DNA of 35,725 nucleotides, from positions 1-35,725 of the forward strand of contig JAUCBJ010006421.1 in NCBI GenBank assembly GCA_032718475.1, written 5' to 3'. Below are positions 12,601 through 22,180 of the stretch, piece after piece. The number at the start of each line of letters is the position of its first letter. Positions within the stretch are counted from its first letter, which is position 1. The translations under genes were made by a program, and so were the position numbers. Source of the stretch: Nemertoderma westbladi (Eukaryota > Animalia > Xenacoelomorpha). The notes beneath the pieces were generated by a model that saw only the letters and a program-made list of their open reading frames with translations, searched no databases and was not told the DNA's origin.

Positions 12601-13555
12601 ATGCTATCTTCCCGGTGAGAAGATAGCATCAACCTTAAGTGCGCTTCAATTCCGCTGGAACCCAATCTACTATCGGGTGTGGGGTGGAGTTCTTTTCTCG
12701 GGGTCGGCTTTCCAGACCGCCCCCCCCCCCCCTGGGTATGTTATTACTACCCCTCCTTGGTGCAATCGCCAGCTATGCTGCACCAAGGTATCTGACGTCT
12801 CTGTTATCATGCCCTCTCTTCACACAATTTTCAAGAGCCGCTCTTTGATCTTACTCTCGGACCTTTTCGTCCCTTGCTCTCTTTCTCGCGGACCTCGCTG
12901 TCCCTTACTCTCTCTCTCTCACTGCTCGCTCCCCACACTTGAATTGCACTCCTCTCGCTTCCTCACGTGTCCACACCTCCTCTCCATACTTCCCTCATAC
13001 TCAACCCATTTTGATTCTCCGTCCCCTCCTGTCAGGTTCCCACATTCTCATCAGTGCGGCCGCACTTGAGAAATGGGATCCGTCTAATGTCTCGTCCTCA
13101 TGTCATAGTCAATAGGTCCCCAATCCCAGTAGCTAATTGGAAAAAGGTTATATATGACTATTGTACTTACTTTGATTATATTCATTGTAATTATATTGAT
13201 TATTTACATATGTACATACTAATTGCACTTAATTATTTTGCACTTAGGAGTTCGTTTTATTCCCAGGTGTGGTTCCTTCTAGGCACGCCCACATCTCCCT
13301 CTCTGAGTTCTAGTTCGCTCCCCCCCGTCTTCGGGAACCATCTTAGTTATTTCCCCCTGTCATCGTCTTGTCTGGGCCGCTTTCTTCCCTCTGGCTTGTC
13401 CTCTCTGTGACTCCTCATTCTCGCTGTTACCGCCTTGCTAATTCCCGTGGTCGATTCTTTGGGCGCTGGTGTTATCAACTCCCGGTAACACTTTGCAGGT
13501 GGCCCTTCTGAATGCCCCTCCTGCTTCCCCCTGGTAGCATCCTACAAGATCATTT

Positions 13556-14620
13556 TCATCGTTTGCGGCACATGCTCCGCCAGAAAATCCCTGAACTCGC
13601 CTCTGTTTCTGGCGTCCACCTGTCCAAGTACCTCTGCGTGTTGATGACTCCTCCATACGATGCCGTTGTCGCTACCTCTTGGTATGTGAATGGCAGTCTC
13701 CTCTTGATAAACTCCAGATGGGCTTCCGGATTGATGTTAAAGAAACCCCACCGGAACTCCTGGGCCTTCATCCTCTGTCGCGTCATAACACCGACGTCGG
13801 CCCACTCCTCGAAGATCTTAAACTTCTCCTCATCGTCCATCCAGTCGCACTGGCGTCCATAGTGCCCTCGGAAGTTACACTTTGAGCAGCAGTTATGCAG
13901 CCTCAGACATGCTCCCATTCTATGGGTCGACTTGCGGCAGTAGAGCAACTCGTCCCCTCACTGACCCCCTGTAGGTCCTCTTATCCTTCGCCACACTCTC
14001 CTTGCCAATTCCAACTCTCTAGGAATTGATTCTCCCTCCTCCACCACCCTAAAATCGGGTCTTTCGGTCGCCTTCTTTATTTCATCATGGTCCCCTGGCA
14101 GAAAAATGCCACCCTTCATCTTGTCGTCACCTGGTGGTAGAATGAAAAGAAATCGAAAGAATAGATAAAACAGAATGGTTAATAGTAATCCTATCCCTTT
14201 CCACCCTGTCTTCTTATTTGACCTTCCCCTTTTCGGTATGCCTCTCAACCGGACTGGCATCTCCTCCGGACACTTCTCCGGACATATCGCCGTCCACTCT
14301 TCTCCATCCTCAAAACGATAGTTGCCAGGAACATCCTTGATCCATCCCATCGTCTCTAAGTCTTCCGCGTCAAATCCATTCTCCTCCGCCCACTCTCTTG
14401 CTGTAGCTTCCCTTCCTAATTCATCTACCGGCGGTATTTCTCTGGAACTATCCTCTATCCTTTCACCACGCTCCACTATGCGTGGTTCCAGATCCATACC
14501 CAACTCCTGGTATCCTTCCCCAGGCCGCTTCTCACATGGGACCTCCCCATCGCCCGTCTCTGGTTTCTCCTCTACGTTCTCAACAGTGCCTGATAGCATG
14601 CACCCTGATGTCTCCGACAC
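13556..14620 (-). pseudogene. Extra ORF of the LTR element with CCHC zinc knuckle(s)
   Basis: ORFs 14620-13958 and 13948-13556 share a frame and are separated by a single TGA. They contain LLYCRKSTHRMGAC (degenerate knuckle) and CSKCNFRGHYGRQC (CX2CX4HX4C). Confidence 0.6.
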
Positions 14621-15584
14621 CCTGAATGGAATCTTCGTTTTAATTAGGCCGCTAAGCGCCCATCCGAACGGCGTGAGAATCGCCGTCGGATCCCGCTGTC
14701 TGATCTCCGAATATGGTCCGCACTCTCTCGTGGGCTGTCGGACAATCCATTCCGACTATGATGGATACCTTCGAGACGTCCACTTCCGGTATTAAGAAAT
14801 CGATATCATCCAGGAACCGGTATTGCTCGACCTCGAACCTGGTGGGTCGCCTGGCGTTTATATTAATCGATTCTATTATCGGAATGGGGTCGATGGTCGC
14901 CCCATAATCACATCCTGGTGCTATTGCTGATATCTCGCACTGTCCCGTTCTCATCTCCAGGACCTCATCCTTGCTCGAGATAGTAGTTACTGCCATCCTA
15001 CTCAGCCTCGTCTGTAACCCTATCTCCTCGGCCACCCAATTATCCACCAGTGTGAAGGCTGCTCCGCTGTCGACCAGCATCAATGTCGTGACTGATCGGC
15101 CGCCCTTTCCTGTTATCCTCACTGGTACTACCCCGAGTAGTACTTTCCTCTTTCTCCTTGCTCCCATCATGCTCATAGCCATAGTTTGGCCTCCAGTCTC
15201 ATCATATTCTATCGGTGTTTCTCTACACTCTCCGAATCTGTGTCCCTCTACCACGCATCGATGACATAGTCCGTTTGTATCTGCGTAGGCTACCCGATCT
15301 TGTTTAGGGAAGGCTTGCCAATGCTTACAACTCATGGTCTTATGGGTTCCATCCCTATGCAATTGACATTCGTATCCCGGATTGTAGCATTCCTTATATA
15401 GCCCTTCACGTATCGTGCGTAGGTTCATATCTACCAGTTTAGTGTTTTGGTTATTTGGACTCGGCCTACTGGGTGTGTTGGGATTATATTTGTTCATGTT
15501 TTTATTTTGTTTCTGTCCCTGCCACGGTGTGGCCCTACTCCCAGCTATCTGTGGACTTGTAGTCCTCTGTGTGGCCGCATGTGG

Positions 15585-16633
15585 TACTACTACTACTACT
15601 AGGATCGGCATGCTGCATTGCAGCTGCATTTTTAAGAATGCTGTGCCGGCTTGTCAACAAAATTGCACCGCCACAACTCCCTATCACCCATGACATTTGC
15701 TAGATCATCCGCATCTTTAAAGCCAGTGTCCTTTAAGATGCGTCTCAAGAAAGTCATGGGCTGTCCACCATGCTTATTTACTCCATGAGGCTGCCAAAGT
15801 ACAAGATTATGCACTGGCTGGTCCTCACAGCGAAAGCAATGTCCTGCAAAGCGGAGGCGATTTTGTTCTAGTGTCAAGCTTGGGGGAACCAATGAGACAC
15901 CTCCAATGTTACATAGTGTCTGGTTGGAGATGTGTGCATTGTACTTGACACAATGAACCCGGCGTAGCATTCTTGTGAATGTGCCATCCAGAGATTTGGT
16001 GTCCTCAGTAGTTAGAGCCCAGCATGGACTCCCGTAGAGGAGTACTGGAACTACTGCTGCTCTAAATAATCGGACCTTAAGTTTCCGATTAATTCTCGGT
16101 GACTTCCAAATCCTGGAAAGCCTATTCAAGGCTGCCCATTGCCTTTCCCTTACGTATTCGAAGGTCCTCACCTGACTTCTGGATCCATGATCCCAGGTAA
16201 CAGAAGTCGTCCACATGCTCAAGCATACCATCCTTTGAGCTTATGCTCATCCGATCAGAGACTTGCTGAGGACTTTCAAAGTTAACTGTCAGAATTTTGG
16301 TCTTTCTGGAGTTAATAAAAAGACCAACACTAGAAGCAGCATGTTCTAATGAGCTGAGGAGCCGTTGGGCTCCCTCTAATGATTCTGAGAGTACTCCTAA
16401 GTCATCAGCAAAGTCTAGATCAGTTAGGTACTTGGCAGGATTTCCTCGACTTCTGGAGCCAGTAGGTGGAGTTATCATCACCCCATCATCATTATAATGA
16501 TCTAAGGACATGCGTAGAACATAGTCAACCACAATAATGAACAAGAATGGTGCAAGTGTGTCTCCTTGGAGGATGCCCCATAACACTTCAAATGGTTCTG
16601 TGTCACCGTCAACAGTAGACACAAATGTCATTT
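15585..16633 (-). mobile_element. 5'-truncated RTE-group non-LTR retrotransposon, copy 1
   Basis: RT motifs GILQGDTLAPFLF, LDFADD, GLFINSRKTK and FCYLGS; C-terminal VLLYGSPCW..LRFAGHCFR..DRELWR; short 3' UTR ending in a (TAG)n tail; one frameshift near 16140. Confidence 0.92.
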
Positions 16634-17470
16634 GCGACAGTAGCGACAGTCTCACTCTCGGGAATGCATCTGTCGGATTATGTTCGGGTTTAGGCCTGTT
16701 GTATTCAGCTTTCGGCGCCTTCCCCAAACTATCCTCGCTGTAGACTGGGTCTGTAATCAACTCCGCCTCATAGTTAAAGAAGTTCGACATCTCTTCTAGG
16801 CCTGGTTCCGCACCTTTCTTCTCCCGGGTGGAGAAGGCGATCTTCCTCCATTTATTTCTTAGCCAGATTGGCAGTGCCTGCGCTATCGTGGTGATGTTGT
16901 TCATAGGGCACATCCAAGGTTTTCAGCACAATCAGCGCCTTTTCGACTTTATTCGCAAAAGTCTTTATACTGACAGGGTTGTCCTGTAGGCCACCTGATG
17001 TTATTCCCCTCAAGGTCTGCCAGATGATCTTGGCAGGGTGTCCGTATTCCCTGTCTAGGGCCCGCCATGCAGGCGTGAATCCACCCTCGATACCTTGATA
17101 CTGCCTTACGATATCGTACGCTGGGCCCCCTGTGTAAACTTGTAAATATTTTAGGCACTCCGAGGTATTTTTCCGGTCTGCTTCCATCGAATTTAAACGG
17201 CTCCACTGGTGGCAGCTCGATCCTGGTCTTAAGCGCATCAATGAGTGTTGCAATTCCCATCGCCTGTGCTTCCAATGGGTTCGATGGATGCTGTACAGAC
17301 TCTCCTGTTGTTGGGTGCGGTTCGCCCGTCGGGCCTGTCGACCTCTTCTGTGTTGGATATATCATTGGGGGTAACGGTCCCCTCCATATCTCCATATCAC
17401 ACGATCTATTCTGGTCCGAGGGGTTCGGAGTTTTTGTTCCCGGTTGAGTGTATTGTTGGTAATGTTGTAA

Positions 17471-17503
<33 letters not shown>

Positions 17504-17869
17504 ACCGGTGAAATATTTGGTATTGGGGTTGATGTTACCATGTTAGGGCCCAGACACCTATCGGCAATAACTCCCCCCCTCCCCTGGGTATATGTTATAT
17601 CCCTGCATATTATAGTCATACTGGTGTGCAGGTAACAGTATAGGCCTATCCACTTCTTGCCTACCTACCGGTATGTATGCCGCGACTTCCGGATCTAATC
17701 CCATTGTCAGCGCTACCCTATCGCCTACACTATCTCTTCCAGCATGGCCTATAGTATGTGCAGTAAGGCCTACAGTATCACCGTTAATAGCACCGTTATC
17801 AATGATATTGTTATCTAAATTATTTAAATTATTTAATAAATATATATAATATTATAATAATTTAAATTA

Positions 17870-18200
17870 TTTTGTTCCAAAATTAGGGCTATTATTTGGA
17901 ATATTCTGCACATTTAAATTAGAATTATTACTTGGGTTATTTTGCGCGTTTAAATTGGTGTTATTTGTATTATTTTGTACGTTTAAATTAGTATTATTTG
18001 GATTATTTTGCACATTTAAATTACTATTATTTGGATTATTTTGTACTTTTAAATTAGTATTATTTGGATTATTTTGTACTTTTAAATTAGTATTATTTGG
18101 ATTATTTTGCACATTTAAATTAGTATTATTTGGAATATTGTGCACATTTAAATTAGTATTAATTGGATTATTTTGCACATTTAAATCAGAATTATTATTA
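17870..18200 (-). repeat. 33-bp coding minisatellite in gag (NNPNNTNLNVQ, about 9 copies)
   Basis: Unit AATAATCCAAATAATACTAATTTAAA(T/A)GT(G/A)CAA, in frame within ORF 18367-17867. Confidence 0.95.
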
Positions 18201-19259
18201 CCGGGTAAAATATTATTTCCTGCAACAAAGGTTTGATTAGGGTTGTCTACTACGGTAATATTAATATTAATTCCTTCTAATGTATTATTATTACCCCCCC
18301 CCTCCGCCCGTACGGTTACACCAGTCCTGGGTCTGTCGTCCGGTGCCTGTAAGTGGGGTATTAACAAACGTTTCCATTACTTCTGGCTCCTCATAAATAC
18401 TACCCGAACCAGCCTCACTCTCGGATAATCCCAACTTTGCCAGTTCTAACTGGCGCTTTTGCTTTGCCTGGTATTTGCATAAGTCCCCTCGACCGGGTAT
18501 GCCTATCATCCCGCCTACATCTGCACGCCCTCTCTCTCTCTCTATCCTTCCTTATACTTTGGTCGGCCAACTCTGCCTCTCTCGCAATCCTCTCAACCCT
18601 CTTCGCCTCACGCTCTTTGCGCTCGTTCGTTTCCATACATACACTACTTCAGGCTCCATTACCCCGGACTGCCACAATTCAAACAGTTCTGTGGTGACTC
18701 CCTTCGCTCTCTCACTCACCAGTTCTCCCTGTCCAAAATGGACTAAATATCGAAAATGTTTATTCGACTCACCTAGCCTCTGGTATAGTTTTGGCTGGTC
18801 TACCTTTCTCCCTTCCTTGGCCTCCTTTAGTAGATTCTTGGTGGCGTTGTAGGCTCGTCGTAGCCGATCACTCGTCCCGACGTCCTCTTTGAAGACTCCG
18901 CCTCCTCCGGCGTCATACCGGCGGCCCCACCGTCGCCATTCCGGTGGGCCATCCGTCGCCCTAGGCCTGTGGCTGGCCAGCGACTTCGGTACTCTGACCG
19001 CCGTCGTAGTCGCGTGTCGACTCGTCTCCCTCTCTCCTCAGTAGTTGACGGCCACCCTCCACTTGGGCTACCGGATCGCCCCTCGTCGGCGAATCCGGCA
19101 TGGCTGGCCGATACCGTCGCGTCGCAGCCTCACGGATCGTTTGGTTTGTGTCATCCGGGGTCCGCGGCGGAGTCCTCTCTCCCTCTGATAATCGGGGCTC
19201 CCTGTCGCTCATCTCGATCTCGCTGTCTTGCAGTCACAGTTTTTAGTTGGCAGTCTCGG

Positions 19260-19270
19260 TAGTTAATGAC
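19260..19270 (-). other. Atypical primer-binding site (candidate self-priming PBS)
   Basis: Sense sequence GTCATTAACTA directly follows the LTR, with no TGG. It is perfectly complementary to LTR positions 19488-19498. Confidence 0.6.
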
Positions 19271-19933
19271 TGTGACGGGATCGGAGATCCCGACAGGGTT
19301 AGAAATGTACGCGTCACCGTTCTGCTGGGCAGTCGTGCTACTTGCTTTGGCCGAAGGCCGTTGGGGAAAACAATAAGAGTTTGTGTTGTTTCTCAATATT
19401 GATTAACATAGACGATAATAGCACGTCAGTAATGATAGAGTTACAATAGCAGAAAATACAGATTAAATGCTGTTGATGGCAGTGATGGTCATTAACTATG
19501 ACCAGTCTGCACTGACTGAATAACTCAACTGACCAGTAAATCAGTAATGTAGGATAATATATGGTTAACACACATTGATATTGATTTCACCTCTTACTGT
19601 ACTTTGGCCCTCTGTACCCAATGGATGCTCTCCTGTCCCTAATCACGTGCTTCCCTCCCCACTATTGGCTAATATACTAATTGTCACTTTGGCACTCCCT
19701 GTGAGTGTTTCCCCCCGCTGCTAGCCTCTACTAGCTGTGTTCCCTCCGAGGTGGATTGACATCTCACCTTTCTCTGTGGCTTTGGGGCTTGTGTCGCCCC
19801 CCCCCCCCCCCCCCCCCAAATGTTGGTTATGATACGAGATTAATATTGGTAATCTCGTATCCCCAACATATTGCTAAAATGCCACTGGTCCCATTTTCTG
19901 GTGGGTAATGAAGTGGAATTGAATCCGCTTACA
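19271..19933 (-). repeat. 5' LTR (663 bp)
   Basis: Direct repeat of 11962-12590; lies upstream of gag on the minus strand. Confidence 0.95.
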
Positions 19934-20229
19934 ATCATCAATTGTGATAACAAAATGAGAAAGTTTCAAATTTTAATGAGTTTAAAATTATTCAAAAATG
20001 TAGGTCTGGAACAAACTTAGGCTACGTGATTTCCGTGATGGAAATTCGGTAACTAGTAGGCTTACTTATTCTCCGAATAAATACTTTGCCACCCGTGCCG
20101 TGGGACGGCACCAGGGAATGATCCCCTACCCCCCACCCCCCCCCCCTCCTCCTCCCCATTGCCGCCCTTCCTGATAAAATATTCAGTACTGTAGAACCTA
20201 ATTTTTTTAGATTTTCCTCAATATTTTAC

Positions 20230-20436
20230 CTCATTCTTCACAAAGTTAACAACTTCCTCATATTCAATTGATTTGTTTTGATTACTATCGATGAGGTTCA
20301 TGACATAATCCGCGTCGTAATCAGGTTTCCTAAACAACAGCTCGCCATGTAACGATGAGAACATGTCTGTACGGTCCAGAGCAGACTGCAAAGTTGTCTT
20401 GGTTACCACGCTGTTGTTGTCAGTGCTATGAAGAGC
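20230..20436 (-). CDS. Host gene exon with EF-hand loop
   Basis: TTTTCAG acceptor, GAG|GTAAAA donor, 207 nt (phase 0/0): ALHSTDNNSVVTKTTLQ...VMNLIDSNQNKSIEYEEVVNFVKNE, containing DxNxNxxIxxxE. Confidence 0.8.
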
Positions 20437-20532
20437 CTGAAAATATCAATTTAGAGTGCGAAGTTGGTGTTGATAATGTGAACTGGTGACCTCCATCTAA
20501 AGGTTCTCCTATAAGTTCATGTCTTCCATGTC

Positions 20533-20785
20533 AGTAGTAGAAGAATGTGTATCCTGGCTAATGTCCTCCCTATGCTTTTCAACAGGAATCCTGTAGGGAG
20601 GACTATTGAAATTCACTCGATTTCACTCTGTGATGACCATCTGCTACTCGCATCATATACTTGAAAGAATCGACGATCGATAATCAACTACGCATAGCCA
20701 CGTCGCATTGCAGTTGCGTTCCCACTGCAGTTACTCATCGTATCGCTTCGTATCATATCATCCTTCCGGTCGTTGCCCCCTCCTA

Positions 20786-20820
<35 letters not shown>

Positions 20821-20842
20821 TACACATACTAAGCAAACTATA
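20533..20842 (+). repeat. Maverick left TIR
   Basis: Reverse complement of 32832-33129; includes a (TAT)n tract. Confidence 0.95.
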
Positions 20843-21542
20843 GTTGTTCACAGTAAGTATTTTATTGTCAATTCTCAGGATGAAACCAAACAATCTGTTT
20901 TTCTCATCAAGATACCCGCTATTTGCTGGACATTCTAGAAACAACAAACAATCAATGTCAATCCAGACCACCAATTATACCAGGTAGGATATATCCCACT
21001 CTTCGTTTTGCATGAGGAAATTTGAATATATCTATCAACCCCACATCGGGGGATGTTTACGTTCAGAAACAAGGCAAATGTAAACTTCTAAACAAAGCTT
21101 TAACTGAAGTTCTTGTTGCTGCAGTTATGAATTCTGCCTTTAAATTACCAATTTCACTCAAAGACTATATTTTTATTGATAAAGGACCAGTTACGCGGAT
21201 ACGGTGTCATATCAATTATTTATATTGAATTATTCTCTAGTAACTGATTCGAATTCGATCTGATTTACTCAACCTGTTAAGCCTCAATGGAATATGTGAT
21301 GTCGTATTGGTCCAAATTATTGTATTTAGTGAACCTAGTATATAATGTTCGGACTTGTAACATAGGTACTTTAGGTATAAGTAACGTTTTATACTATTTT
21401 TATAAGTTGTGCGGTTTGTTATACTGATATTATTATTCCATAATAAATAAAAAGGGAACATTTAACCGATATACGTACATATCATCGAAACATTTCAGCT
21501 CATTATTTCCCCCTCAGATCCATTATTTACAACTTGGATCTC

Positions 21543-21963
21543 TGTCAGCGTAATATTTAAAAAACCAATATATTTCTTGGGTGGAATTATTTGTCGTTTC
21601 TACAGGCAATATGGGTCACATGACTGTTCTACCTCTGAAGTAACCTTGACAACCCCCTAGGCTTGCACTCCCTGTTCAATAGCTGCTGCTGATAGGTAGT
21701 TTACATTATACCATAGGAAACATAGCCTTGGTATAATACCCTCAACCCATCCAGTTGATTGGACGTGTTATGTTAAAGGTAGCTTACAGTATACCCTTCC
21801 TAACTTGTCCTACCTTCCTTACTGTTGGGCTGTTCTACCACTATCCCAATAGGAGGTAATTCATTGCTCTGTCAGTGGTAGTTTTGCTTGTAGTGAGTTA
21901 AACCTAATAATTTTCCCCACCAAGCGCTGAAACTGAATATTTATCACGGTATTATTCCTGACA
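21543..21963 (+). repeat. Candidate 5' LTR of the second BEL element
   Basis: TGTCAG...CTGACA inverted termini, ending ~220 bp upstream of the gag-like ORF at 22181. No partner LTR is available to confirm. Confidence 0.5.
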
Positions 21964-22180
21964 AATAAATTACCGGTCGTATATTTATTATTTACCGGTG
22001 ATTAACTTGTGAACTGAATTAATTAATTTAATCCCATGTTATTTATTTGGGTGCGATTGTAATAATTATTCGTAATATATTATTGTTGTTACAACCAATA
22101 GTCGATAATAAAGGGAAGGCATAATAATCATTTTATAGGGTTAATAAAATACAATCTTTTTGAAATAAAATCTAATAAAA

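Larger units (their letters stand above)
14640..19212 (-). pseudogene. gag: BEL/Pao gag-protease, frameshifted and interrupted by a LINE
   Basis: ATG at 19212. Gag motifs LPPVEPFKFDG, LKYLQVYTGGPA..AWRALDREYGHP (DUF1759-like) and LPIWLRNKW..EAELITDPVYS; knuckles CQLHRDGTHKTMSC and CHRCVVEGHRFGEC; protease LVDSGAAFT, IIVGMD and TPFGWALSG. Confidence 0.9.
11962..19933 (-). mobile_element. BEL/Pao-type LTR retrotransposon, structurally complete but lacking RT/RNase H/integrase
   Basis: Two direct TG...CA LTRs, perfect 5-bp TSD ATCAT (11957-11961, 19934-19938), a PPT, and BEL-type Gag and aspartic protease motifs. Confidence 0.95.

Noticed and set aside
14130-14205. Hydrophobic GIGLLLTILFYLFFRFLFIL as an Env transmembrane helix
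   Set aside because: No signal peptide or ectodomain is present; the segment is better explained as a T-rich polypyrimidine tract before a CAG acceptor.
16122-16913. Gag-RT fusion as a functional replacement for the missing LTR RT
   Set aside because: The LINE fragment begins just before the QGD motif, lacks the N-terminal RT motifs including the first catalytic Asp, and is frameshifted downstream.
17473-17503. Long poly-C/G runs (also ~559, 3539, 12463, 19797) as functional G-quadruplexes
   Set aside because: Homopolymer lengths are error-prone and differ between the LTRs; there is no independent support.
17870-18200. 33-bp periodicity (and the repeat at 35476-35725) as a CRISPR array
   Set aside because: Tandem units without unique spacers, eukaryotic context and no cas genes.
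19486-19505. Apparent compensatory C-G to T-A change in an LTR hairpin between the two LTRs
   Set aside because: Both changes are CpG transitions like their neighbours, so they are not evidence of covariation.
20661-20974. Poly-Tyr/poly-Ile ORFs and the duplicated MKESTID ORF (also 32816-33001)
   Set aside because: Artefacts of the (TAT)n microsatellite and the Maverick TIR.
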